In this document: positions 39,871 through 52,985 of the stretch, one piece after another
Layout of the letters: the number at the start of each line of letters is the position of its first letter
Position numbering within the stretch: position 1 is the first letter of the stretch
Assembly: GCF_006345805.1 (NCBI RefSeq)
Contig: NC_043004.1
Coordinates: 107,198,001 to 107,262,000, forward strand
Reading direction: 5' to 3'
DNA length: 64,000 bases
Origin: Octopus sinensis
Taxonomy: Eukaryota
The notes under the pieces: generated by a model
Databases searched by the model: none
What the model saw: only the letters and a program-made list of their open reading frames with translations
What the model was told of the DNA's origin: nothing
Made by a program: the position numbers and the translations under genes

Positions 39871-40015
39871 TGTCAGGAGCTTAGTTGATACAACGAAGTA
39901 AAATCATTAAAAATGTTTGAGTTGTTCTCGATAGAATCTATGGAGAACAGCAGAAACGTTTTTAATGATATTACTTGCAATTTCGTCATTCGTTGTATCA
40001 GCTAAGCTCCTGGCA
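39871..40015. repeat. 145-bp imperfect inverted repeat (foldback)
   Basis: 39871-39897 pairs with 39989-40015 and 39903-39929 pairs with 39943-39969; 15-nt asymmetric insert in the right arm. Confidence 0.9.
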
Positions 40016-43000
40016 AGATAAAAAGATGAGATGAAAACGAGGGAGGAAGCAATGAGGCTTTCATAGACATCGATAAAAAAAAACACAGAAGGAGTTCAGG
40101 GAGGGAGATGAGAGGAAATAGTTTTACCAGATGTCAATAAAGGAGTTAAATGAGGCTTATGAGAAGAGAATATGATCGGAGATTGACATCCTAAACATTC
40201 TTCCTGGCAGACAAACAACACTTGAAAACAAATTGATTTTCCTCATTCTTGAAACACGATCGAACTGGAATTTAAACGGATCGAACTCGGGCAAGTAAGC
40301 GGCATTGTTGGTAGGTATAGAACAAATAAATTGTAGAATACATTGGGTTCTACTCAGCAAAATAGTTTACACAATAAACCAAATTAAAGTATCATTAGAA
40401 GCAGGTATTTAATCTAATTTGAAAACACCTGAAGTTAAAAACAGCACTGACCAAAATGGTAACACATCTTCCTATGGCGAAACATTCAGGACAGGAACAA
40501 AACGACACTCGCTCATATAAGCACTTTAATGTCTAAGGATTAGCGATACTGTTCTTATAATCAATTCCCTTACATAGCTAAACGTAGGGGTCGATAGAAA
40601 TGCTAGAACTCTTGTAACCTTTTCAGTTAATGCTACAAAATTAATAGTATTTAAGGTACCATTAAAACCTTCTGGAATTCTGGAAAGGTGTTCTCACAAA
40701 GTAGATCCCTGCAGTAAGTCCAAAATTAAAATCGAGTAAAACATGCCCCAGACGCTTAAACACAGCATTAGGGAATACCTAGTTCAACATCCTATGTTTA
40801 GTGCAAGTCTCACGGAGCCAAACCCCTATCAAACATAAAGGATTGTCTCGTCGTATCAGCTTTGCAACAGGTTTTCAATCTTCTGCATAGCACATCTGCC
40901 ACATTGCACACTTACGAAACACGTTTGCCCTTTAGAGGCGACATATATACTACAAAAACAGGTACAAAGTGCGAAGAATATCTCTGTGTTATATTAAATT
41001 CACCAACATCTCAAACCTAGCACAAATATGTTCCATCTATTTTAAGACAAAAACATTTCTATCAAAAGATTGCCGCGCAAAACAAAAGGGTAAAAAAAAA
41101 AGCACCTGTTCTAGCTCATAGAAATTTATTAAAAGAATGTGATGACTCGAATTCCTTTATATTAAACGCATAAAAAAAAAATTGGATCTTCTGTGAAGCA
41201 CCTATGGAATGTGGATAGACTTAGTATTTTAGTTAAATGAGCATCAATTTTGTCACATCTGTTATGTGAATGTGTTGGGTCAGCATTAGTCACGATTCTC
41301 CAAGAGGTTAGCAGTGAAGACGTGTTCAGTGATGGAATAGAGCCAACCTTACCAGTTGACGGACAAAATATACACACACACACACACACGTATTTGCATG
41401 GTGCATACACGACTCTCACTGTGAACTGTTTCGGCTAGGACATTATTCATAGCAGCACTCCACCAAAAACTAACCGACTTCTTTGCAAGTACTTCTGTTT
41501 TAAAAATAGCACTACCATTTCCTCTCCCTCTCCTCCGACCTAACCTCCACCTTCATCATCCCAGTACTATCAGATGAATTAAGGACACGAGCATGAAACG
41601 GGACGGGGTAGTGATGGGATACCAATTTACTAAACAAATGGTTACATTATATCGCAGTATAAGAATTTAAAGGAGCGCTGTGATTAAAGAGGTTAAAGAG
41701 AAATATCGTGTGTGTTAGACGGCTAAATGAGAAAACCATGTGTTTTGCGGGGTGCAGAGCAATAATAAAGTACTTAAAGGAGACGAAAGGGTGGGAAAGA
41801 TAAATCATAGAAATATTTTAAAGGAAAATCCATGAAACATCTCGTTTTTTAAAATATGGAAGTAGAGAGAGAGAGAGTGGGAGACAGAACATCTTTGGAT
41901 ATTGAGGAAAAGAGAGCAAGTGTGGTGCTTGTCTGTCGACATAATTCTCAAGGGACTGATATAACGTGATGTTAAAAATCTGACATCTGGGGTGATTCAG
42001 GGATGTAGGTTAGGCTTGTTATTGTTGTTTAACCCCAGGTCGACTCCGATTGAGCAGATTTATGATCATAACGTCATTTTATTTTGTTGTTCAGGCATAC
42101 ATTATCCACTGTGCCCTTATCTTTTTTTTTTTAAGACAGTAGGGTATGATTTAGGGGGAGCAAGCTACAGAGGTCTCCTACCAGTCTAGTAGGTCAAAGG
42201 TTGTGTTCTTTAATAACTTGAGTGTTAAATAATAAAGAAACAGGATTAATACTTTAACGACTGAGAAGTCTTCTTCGGACCTGACCTGACTAATCAACAC
42301 ACCTATGTGTGTGTGTGTGTGTTGGTGGTAAGATTCCGAGCAAGCGGTCCTCATCGTTAATGGACTCGGAAAATGCATGAACATCACAAGATTTTCTTTG
42401 ACTATTAGCAAAGATTTCTGATATTAGGGATGCGTGGGCGAGAGAACCGAGTTTTGTGGGATACGGTTTTTTTCTTTTAACTTTTTTATTTTCAAAATCA
42501 TAACCAATCTAAATAGAAATGTTTCTTTTAAATATCGAAACCGACTCGGCAAGATCTTATTGTAAACATAACTTATATGAAATACTCGAGCGTCAGTTCA
42601 TCTTCATGACTACTTCCCAAAGCACAATGTGTGTGTGTGGTGTATAATCAATTACAAGTAAATAAGCTATGGATACGAGCCACCGGCAGCCAGTCAGAAA
42701 TTCGTTCGAAGTCCATCCTGTCTATCTGACAAAGGGTTACAAAACAATCGAACATCGAGTACATTGAAGTAATTTAAAATAATTGTCTTGTGTGGCGAAA
42801 GAATTTCTTCGAGTTTTTTCATGAACTTCATACGCAGTATGGAGGAGTCGACAGACTAAATAAAGGGGATAATTGGTATCTGAAAGAGAAAAGGGGATTA
42901 AGGCAAAATAAAAAGATGTTGCAAAAGACTTACCATAAGTCCATCCAAATTAATATTTGAGGTAGTAGTTTTAATTTCCCTCTCCAAGTCCTTAAGACGT

Positions 43001-46000
43001 TGGTACAACTTGGGATCTTGCAGTAGAGACATGATGGCAGTATGTGGCAGAGAAGGAGCGAACACGGAATCCCAGTAGTAAAAAAAATTAAAACTATATA
43101 CTTAAGAGACAGGGAATTAAAAAAAAAGGAAAGGACACCGATATTTTAAAAGTGTCAAAAAGGGATCATCTTAAAACTGGGGGAAAAAAATTAATCCGTC
43201 ACTGTGTTTAAAATTACCACCCGTCAAGTACTGAGATTTTTATATAGACGGAGTGGGGAAAGTCTCGCCTAATTAGCTATATTATAAAGACAGGTTAAAT
43301 ATTGAATAACAATAGAGACGAGGTACAAAGATGACCAAAGGTTATGGCCATCCTCACCGAATCATCCACCCTGTCTGTCACTTAGGAAAGGCGTGAAGTG
43401 TGTCTATGTACGTGTTGCCAGTTTTAATGTATACAAGACTAAAACAGCGACAACACCTTCCCTAAAAATTGGATATCTAAATAATTTATTATCATTTATT
43501 AAATACTTGCAATACTTTTATTTGATATTGTCTTAGAAACCTAAAAATACAATTTTAGTTCATTTTCCCGTTTTTAGTCATTAATTGACCGGAAACAGTA
43601 GAGAAGAAATACCGGAAATGGACGAAACCGGGTGATGAAATGTACATGTCAAATTAGCTGAGAGAGCCCAGTGCGCTTCGGAGATAGATCCACGGTTGGA
43701 GAGGCTTCTCAATGTAAAACCAGACGAATGTTTGATTATAATAGTAAATATAAATTACATGAATCAGTCACACATCTATTTATATAAATATATATTAGTT
43801 ATGGATGGGTAAAGGTAGTAAACTTAAATTTCAAAAATAGTTTGGCAGTGTTGACTACAAACAAAACGACTTCCGTTCATGAAATTATTATAACAAATAC
43901 AATAAAGGGATATGTTGTAAGAAATTATATAAAACCAGTAAACCCTAAGATAGTTACAGATAATAGATTAAAGGAAAATCCGCAATAATAAAGGTGGGCC
44001 CCACACCACCTTCGTCGCGACTTTGCCTCTCCTTCTCATTCAGAGCAAGATTAATTAATTAGGGTTGTAATGATTTGTTAGTAATAGTAATCCAGTTGGT
44101 TTGTATAATATATCCAGAAAGGGAGAAGGTTAATTATTTGGCCGCCAGCGAGTGGCAGACGGACAGGATCCGGCTTTAGGTGAAGCCATCAAGCCATTCT
44201 CACTGTGGAAACAGAAAAATCCATTGAGTCTTTTCCTTCGTTTTCGGTCTTTTCCCTGGGTTTTTCGTTCTGCTGCTCCAATAGACTTCAATCATCGAAG
44301 TGAAAGCAGCTTTTCACTGCCACACACTTGCAGTAGTGATCTTTTTTAATATTCCACACAATGCTTCTGTCTTTTAGAGTAGATCTGTTTGTTTCCCGAT
44401 GGCTGAGGCATGTGTCTGTCTGCTTCCAAACACGGCTGGCTTCATTTAGCTTTCTTCCGTAGGCGCCATCACAGCCTTAACAATGGCCACCACCTATACG
44501 GCTCTACCTGCCACCGCCACTCTCACCTTGTTTACTACTCTATCTGCTACTTCCACGGTCTCTCTTACTCTGTCGCTACCACCACACTACGTCACTCGTC
44601 TTTTATGTTTCCCTGCCTTTCTCTTTCCTTCTGTCTTTCACTTTTACTCTATCTTTATTTTCCTTTCCCATTACAGCAATTACTCCATCTGTCATCAGCC
44701 CAAAGCATAATTCTCTCTTTCTCTATTTTTTTATTCCCTTTTCTATGTTATTATAAGCAGTCGCTCATTCTGCCGTCACCAACTTCCACCACAATCCTCT
44801 CCCTGGCTCCTCTCACTAAACCTCGCTCTACTGAAGAGTAATAGTGGCAACTGGACTATTACTACTTCCACTTCAATAAAATTCTGCAGGATAGCAACTT
44901 CTGTTTGCACAACCACCTAGGAGGTGGTGCGAACCCTGAACTATTGTTCAGTAATTCAAGAAGAGTTTTTAAAAAATTAGCCGACTTGAATATTTAGCGA
45001 ATAGGGAGTACTGAGATAGAAACAGAGTGGGTCGTCGAAGAAAGAGGTTGGGGAAAAACTGACGAAGAATGGCAAGATGAGAAGAAAGCGATATGAGAGA
45101 ATAAATACAAAATTTGTAAGAAGAAAAAGAAAGGTCACCGTTTCAGTGAGAAAGAGGTGAAAGAAGCGAACACCAAGAGAAAGGAGAGAGATACTGTAAG
45201 AAAAATAAGGAAATAGCTGGTTTTACATTGCGCGGTTAAATAGCAGAATAAAAGCCGTTATTTACAAGCTGAATGACTCATGAAAATGCCAAAATCTTTA
45301 AGTTAGGGAATTAGGCACGAAAGGTTAAAGAACTTCTACTGGGAAGTTCTTTAAATTAAAGAATAACGACTGCGATTAAATTTGCAGACAAATTAGTCTA
45401 ACATCTGCATAAAGGGAAAAGAATCGTGTGCATTCACGAGTCTAGCAGTTGGATATTTTAAAGAAACTGATTGATCTAATTGTGGGGAGAAAGGAAAAGG
45501 CTGGAAATCGAGACCATAAAAAGACTTTGGGATATTGGGGCTACAGTACGTGTTGCCCTGTTCTGTACAAAAAAGTTATATATATAAATTAAAGACCCTA
45601 TACGTGAAATGAAAGGGTTATATATTAAAATATTTTTTTATCTTTCTGATTTCTGTCGTGAGTTATTTTAGAAAAGTTGTCTCCCATAATTTATGGAAAG
45701 CTTGAAGTAGAATTATGTGGTGGGTGAAAGAGAATGCTGTACATTAGAAAAAGTAAAGATAAAAAAATAAAATCATCAATTTCCTTTGTATGGAACTCGA
45801 CCAAAATGAGTCATCACAAATCATATATTATGATTATTTGTCAGAAATGATTAAAAAGATTGTATCACCATGGACAGTTCTGTGTGTCCTGAACTAAGGA
45901 TAAGAATTATGTAAACATTTTCTCTATGTTGCCAATAATTGCAATTGATAATGTTAATCTGTAGCCTAAATCTTCTGCATTGAAGTCTCACTCCTCTCGA

Positions 46001-46815
46001 TCAAATGTAGCTGAGGCTTGAGCTCACACTGATTGTTTTCTCCCTCTCTTCCACATGTGATTAGCTTTGCAGCTCCTTTACAACAAGAACCTGCTCCCCT
46101 TCCCACATATTCTGATACTTTAACCCTTCATACCCAAGAATAACCCACCATACACACATGCACACACACACATGCACACACACTCACACACACACATCTC
46201 AGAGTTTATAGTCATGTGAGCTGCTTAGCAACCTTAATAGTACTGGGAGCCCCAAAATAGTACCCAATACACTTGTACATGCTGTGAAGTGGTTCGCATT
46301 AGGAAGGGCATCCAGCCATAGAAACCATGCCAAAGCAGATACTGGAACATGATGCAGTTGTTAGACCCAATAGATCTGGTCAAACCATCCAGCTCATGTT
46401 GGTATAGAAAAAGGACATTGAACAATGAAGAAGAGGAGGAGGATGGTGGTGTGGAGGTGGTTTTTTAATTATAAGTTTACTAGGTTTGGAATAACCTGAA
46501 GCTGCAACAATAACAAAAGATCTTTTAACTCATTACAGTACACACACACACATATGTGTACAATGTGAACTGCTATTTGCCAATTTTCCCCTCCTGATGA
46601 AGGAAACCAGTATTTTGATGATGTTTTATGCAATCATCTACAGGTGCATATCCATGGCTATTTGCCTATTCCATCTGCTAATTATGAACTTACAGCTATT
46701 ATATCATTCTGAGCTCCTAGAAACAGCTGTTGAGCTAACATTTTCTGTCTTTTTTTCATATTCCATGTAAAAGAAAATTGATTTGTCGCTATATATAAAT
46801 ATCTATGTGCTTGTA

Positions 46816-47710
46816 CACTATGTGATCAAAGGTATCTGGACCCCCACCTGATAATGAAGTACAAGTTTGGGCCACCCTCCATTGGGAACACTGGCAGTCA
46901 ATACAGTGTTGGCCCACTCTTAGCCTTGATGAGAGCCTCCACTCTTGCTGGTCTACTTACAGTCAAGTGGTGAAAGGTTTCCTGGGGAATGGCACCAAGA
47001 TGAGCATAGGTATCGATGTGAGTTAGTGTGATCTAGCATGAGGTCAGTGTTCTAAGACATCCCAGAGATGTATGATGGGATTTCAATCAAGACTCTGCAC
47101 AGGCCATTCCATTAGTGGGATGTTGTTGTTGTCAAACCATTCCCCTACAACCTCTGTGGTATGGACAGATGCTTGGTGTGTTTTAAAATACACAATGGTC
47201 ATCCCTGAACTGGTCTTCGACAGTAGGCAACATGAAAGGGGTTAAAATCTCAGAGTAAGTTTGTGCCATGACAGTGCCACATAACGCAACAAGGGGGAAA
47301 AGCCCCATCCAGGAGAAACATGACCACACCATGATCCCACTACTGCTGAATTTCAAGGCACTATACAGGCTGGTGTGTATCATTCACCACACCCACACCC
47401 TACTATTGGATCACCACATTGTGTACCATGATTCATCACTCCACACGACAGATTTCCACTGTTCTATAGCCCAGTTACGATGCTCTTTACACCACATGAG
47501 GCGGCGTAGGGTATTTGTCTGTGTGATGTGTGGCTTGTGGGCAGCTGCTCTTCCATGGAAACCAAGTTTCTACACCTCACGTTAAAGAGTTGTGGTGTTT
47601 TGAGTAGATCCTGCTGCAGTTTAGAATTCCTGTGTGATGGTGGTGAGGAGTGGTAGACGATTATGCTGTACAACACTCGACAGTGTCTAAGGGTTCACAT
47701 CGGAGGTCAG
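46816..47710 (-). mobile_element. Tc1-like transposon remnant (DD34E type)
   Basis: TA plus TIR-like CACTATGTGATCAAAGGTATCTGGAC at the left end. Minus strand gives GFHGRAAAHKPH, GIMVWSCFSWMGL.PLV and EWPVQSLD*NPI.HLWDVLE. Confidence 0.88.
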
Positions 47711-50700
47711 CTCAAATGCTTTGGGGTTGTACATGTCCCTTTATGCATCTACTTCATTGTTACATCAGAAACAGTGGACCTAGGCTATTTTCAGGAGGGT
47801 GGAAATCTCACACACAAGCTTATTAGACAAATGGTACTTGACTACATTGAAAGTCCATTAGTTCTGTACCCATATATGCATGTATATATACATATATATG
47901 TAGGTATGTACATATATGTATGTATATATGCATATATATATATTTATGTATGAATAAATATATTTATGTATGCATATATATTTATGCATGCATATATATT
48001 TATGTATTATTTATATCATTATATGATCGAACGCCATACATCCTTTTCCAAATAAGTTTTATACATACATATATATATATTTTGGTGTCCTGTACTCATA
48101 TATGCGTGTATATATACATGTAGAGGTAGGTACGTACATATATGTATTTATATATATGCATATGTTTTATTTATTAATATATTATATATATATATATATA
48201 TGATGATGATATATATATATGATTGGCTTCTTTCAGTTTCCATCTACCAAATCCACTCACAAGGCTTTGGTCAGGACTGAACCCGGAACCATGTGGTTGG
48301 TAAGCAAAGGAAAACATTACCCTCTTAACATAAAGTTAATCTGATATGATCTAATGGGAAAGTTATGATCCACTTGCAACAGTATCAAAGCTCCAACAAG
48401 TCTCACTATTCTTTCCTGTAATATTATAGTTACTCACTCTTTTCATCATCATCATCACCATCATTTTAAGATCCACTTTTCCATGCTCATACAGAACAGA
48501 CAGAGTTTACTGAGGCAGATTTTCATTTTCTGCCCCCCCCCCCTGTTGCCAAACATCACCTGTCTTCAAGCATAATAGGTTAGACATGTTTTTGTAGAAT
48601 ATTGCAAATAAATGACACTGCTTGTACAATGGTGACACCTTTTTACTGCCATTATGTGATATCAACACAAAGAGACAGTATCACATACGCACACTTACAC
48701 ACACATACACACACACATGCACACACACATACACACACGCACACAAACACAGACACACAAGTTTGTTTCCCAATCACATGTTTCTAGGTTCAGTTCCATT
48801 GTATGGCACCTTGAGCAGATGTCTTCAACTAGCCTTGTGAGTGGATTTTGCAGATGGAAACTGAAAGAAGCTCATCATGTGTGTGTGTGCATGCGTACAT
48901 GTGTGCATGCTTTTGTGTATGTGTGTGTGTGTGTACATGCATGCATGAATGTGTGTGAGTCTTTGCATTTATCTCCTACAACAGCTTTACAACCAAAGTT
49001 GGTTTGTTTACTGCCCTGTAAGTAAGCAGTTCAGCTAGAGAGACCAATAGTATAAGTCCAAGGGTTGAATCATTCAACCAAATCCCTCCTTCAAGGCAGT
49101 ACCTCAACATATACATGGGCTCCTTTCAGTTTCCATCTATCAAACTCACCCACAAGGCCTTGGTGAGCCTAAGGTTATAGTAGAAGACACCTGCCTAAGG
49201 TGCCGTGCAGTGGTACTGAACTCAGAACCCTGTGGTTAGGAAGCAAACTTCTTAAGCACACAGCCTGCCAGTGCCTATTACTCCAGAATAAAATTATGTA
49301 AGCATCAATACTTTAATCTAATCAGCCTAAAAAAATGCCTTGAGTACCCTAGGTTTCTCCCTCTTGTAGCCACATCTAAATCATGATATTGAAAAAATGC
49401 AATTAGACTGCTACTAAACTATATTTGTGTAGAGTACAGCTCACCTCTCCACAATTACTTAAATGTTGTTAATCATGTACACTGATTATAACCAATTAGT
49501 GACTGTCAAGTTGTTGTACATAAAACACAATGAAAATTTTGAAAATTTGGTGCATCTAACACCATTTTATTTCTACCAGTTACAATTATTGAATTTCCAC
49601 CAATCAAGAAAACCCTATTAGGTCACATGATTACAGAGTTAAAACTATCATTTTTCAACCAATAGAATGACTATCTTTTGTACACATGAGCAATTTTACC
49701 ACTCCTTTCAACCTTAAGAGTTTGAATTTGTCATTTTGCTTAGAGATTGTCATGGATTCACCCAAACTCTTGCCAAATGCCTGGATAGATAAGAACAATT
49801 GTTTCACACATCTCCTGTTCTTTCTCTTTCACATATTCATAGAATGAGAAGCATGTTCAAGCTTGCAAAAAAAACTCAGAGACAGAAAGGAACATATTAC
49901 ACACTGACAATCTTTCCCCCCACTCTCTCTCTTTCTCTCCCTCTGAGCTAACTTACACAAATATAAAGACTCATACAACATCTTTATGTAAGAACTCTTT
50001 TTTACAATTCATTAATACTAGTCTTCTCACTTCAGGTTCTTCATTGGCCTGTTAAGGTCAATTTAATTGCTTAACAAAATGAAAATAAGGTTGTTTATTA
50101 ACATGCAGTCTACATCATATTATATTTATCCTTATTAACATCAAGTAAATCTTAGCATAAACAGTATCCATCAAATACTAAAAGAAATCTGGAAAGTCTC
50201 AATACAGAATCTCCGAGGAAGATTCAATACATTTCCCTACAGAAGTATGACTTTGATATCAGAGATAATAAATAACCGAAGCCACTTAAAACCTTATTTC
50301 TTAAGCTTCAGTTGTATATCATTTTATCCCTAGACAGAAAATTAATATGCTAAAAAGTGCTCCACATATCTCTTCCTTGACATAACTAACCTAAATCAGA
50401 AATTGTTATAAATAAAATGGGTACTTTTATAAAATGAGCCAGTCAATGGGTAGAATGTTGGTGAGTAACATTTTCATGAATTCTCCTTCTCAGTATCAGA
50501 GATGGTAAGTAGGTACCAAGGAATTGAATGACATTTGTTTTTTTTTTTGTTTTTTTTTGTTTTGGGTTGTTCTTTGTATGTTGTCTAGTTTGTGTTTTTG
50601 TGTAGCAGCAGCACCATACCATATGTGGGAGAGCAGGCTTAACTCCCTAATGAAATTATAGGGGTGCAATATGACATATGGCATGTCTTTAAACATAAAT

Positions 50701-51092
50701 TTTTGGCAGGCAACTTTGCATGTCAATTTTCAAATTAGATATTATCAAAAGATTTACCAATGTCAAGGTCAATAACAAGCAACATTGCTCTTGCTAAAGT
50801 TTTTAAAGGGCAAGAGACCTCTAACATGGAGTTGGATACAGGATTTCCAGTAAATTTATCTCTACATAAAACCTAATGGTGATTGTTAAGAAAAAAGCAA
50901 AAGCAGATTCATTATCACTATCATCATTTAACATCCTCTTTTCCACACTTGCATTGGTCAGATGGAATTTGCTGTATCACATCTTGAGCAAGTGCCTTCT
51001 ACTCTAGATACAGGCCAACCAAAGCCTTTTGAGTGGATTTGGTAGATAGAAAGTGAACAAAGATTGTCGTATGTATGGATGTAAATATCATA

Positions 51093-51695
51093 TCAGGACA
51101 ATTACCCCACAGGACAATTCTCCCCGATGGCAACTACCCCCTAGGACAATTACTCCCCTTGTTTAATTATCTCCTCTCCAATATATTAAGAAGTTTTAAA
51201 TCCTCATCTAAAAGTGCAAATTATATGCAATTCCTCACAAATATTGTATCACATTTATGTTTTCATAATGGTCAACTACATCATTAATACAGACTGAAAC
51301 ATCGAAATATTTCTTTCTAGAAATAATCAGCAACAAACACATTTCATCAATATCAAAGTCTTTATTAGATTAAAAATAACACCATCAAAACATGAACATA
51401 AATTAAAACAAATATGCTTTGATCTCTTCTGGGCACCAATGTACAGTAGCAGTAGTCTTTCATGTTGTTCACTGACTGACCTTTCCTCTGAAAACAATCA
51501 GACGAATGATTTGATCTCCATAAACAAATTATTTTCCTCCTGAAACTTATGAAAAGTACACACATAAAGCACACCTTTCTCTAAGCAGCACACTTAATTT
51601 CCCAGGTAAAAAATAGTGGCTTATACACAAAAAACATGGTACACATTGGGGAGTTAACTGCTTAGGGGTAATTGTCCTGTGGGTAAATCGCCCAG
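51093..51695. mobile_element. Non-autonomous TIR element with subterminal GGACAATT repeats
   Basis: CCCACAGGACAATT plus further GGACAATT/GGCAACT units at the left end; inverted copy AATTGTCCTGTGGG at the right end. Confidence 0.6.
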
Positions 51696-52264
51696 ACTTG
51701 TAAATATAAATATGCAAGTGTGTATATGTTTGTGTTTCCTTGTCTTGACATCATGTCATCATCATCATCATCATTTAACGTCCACTTTCCATGCTATCAT
51801 GGGTTGGACGATTTGACTGAGGACTGGTGAACCAGATGGCTGCACCAGGCTCCAATCTAATCTGGCGGTTTCTACAGCAGGATGCCCTTCCTAACGCCAA
51901 CCACTCCGAGAATGTAGCGGGTGCTTTTACATGCCACCGGCACAAGGGCCAGTGAGGCAGTACTGGCAACGGCCACACTCAAATAGTGTTTTTTACATGC
52001 CACCTGCACAGGAGCCAGTCCAGCAGCACTGGCAACGACCTCGCTCACAAGTTTTTTCACGTGCCAGTAAGTCAACGCAGGTAACGATCACACTCGAATG
52101 GTGCTTTTTATGTGCCACTGGCATGAAAGCCAGTTTATTGCTCTGGCAACAATCATGCTCGGATGGTACTCTTAGCGCTCCAAATGAATTTTATTCATTT
52201 CCAATATTCTGTAAAAGCATGGCTGGCCATGAGGAAACATTACTTTGCTAGATAATATTTTGTA

Positions 52265-52985
52265 AGCATCCTGAGAGAAATGTTGGGCATAAGAAGCATT
52301 GGATGCAGTGTGCAGGAGAGACGATTGCGTTGGTACGGTCATGTACTAAGGATGGAGGAGGAGAGATGTGTGAAGTAGTGCCACTCCCAAACTGTTGAAG
52401 GAACCCGGGGTAGAGGTAGACCCAGGAAGACATGGGATGAGGTGGTCAAGCATGACCTTCGTACTTTGAGTCTCACAGAGGCTATGACGAAAGACTGAGA
52501 CCTCTGGAGATATGCTGTGACTTCGAAGACCCAACAAATGAAGTGAGTTCATGGCTTGCAGGATGGCCTACTGTGCTAACCTTGGATCATAGAGTGACCC
52601 GCTGTTCTTGAGGAGACCTGTTGAGTCAAGTTCGTCAACATCAAAACTTCGAATGGTAATTGTAGTTAAGACACCAGTGCTGGTGACAAGTAAAAGCACC
52701 GTTCGAGCGTAGCAGTTACTAGCATCGCCTGACTGGCGTCCATGTCGGTGACATGTAAAAGCACCAACCGATCGTGGCCGTTTGCCAGCCTGCTCTGGCT
52801 CCTGTGCCGGTGGCATATAAAAAACACCCACTTCACTCAAGGAGTGTTTGGCATTAGGAAGGGCATCCAGCTGTAGAAACACTGCCAAATCAGACTGGAG
52901 CCTGGTGCAGCCTCCATGGCTAACCAAAACCCGGTCGAACCGTCCAACCCATGCTAGCATGGAAAACGGACGTTAAATGATAATG
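52265..52985 (+). mobile_element. RTE LINE 3' end (RT C-terminus plus 3'UTR)
   Basis: LREMLGIRSIGCSVQERRLRWYGHVLRM...RGRGRPRKTWDEVVKHDL followed by the family 3'UTR ending CGGACGTTAAATGAT. Confidence 0.92.

Larger units (their letters stand above)
37260..45700. promoter_or_regulatory. CpG-rich, repeat-poor domain; probable promoter(s) and 5'UTR/first-intron region
   Basis: CG dinucleotides are visibly more frequent than in the CA/TG-rich flanks (not counted). Few of the common SINE or RTE-UTR copies. CCGGAA motifs at 39341, 39362, 43589, 43612; CGCCATC at 44464; TACGTCAC at 44588. Confidence 0.5.

Noticed and set aside
42958-42971. TGAGGTAGTAGTTT, a let-7-like 5' sequence
   Set aside because: The 3' half diverges and no complementary star arm or hairpin is visible nearby.
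44410-44841. 143-aa plus-strand ORF in the CpG-rich region
   Set aside because: Composition follows the CT-rich low-complexity tract; no recognisable domain or splice context.
45020-45230. K/E/R-rich near-ORF
   Set aside because: Interrupted by TGA, no start or acceptor; explained by purine skew.
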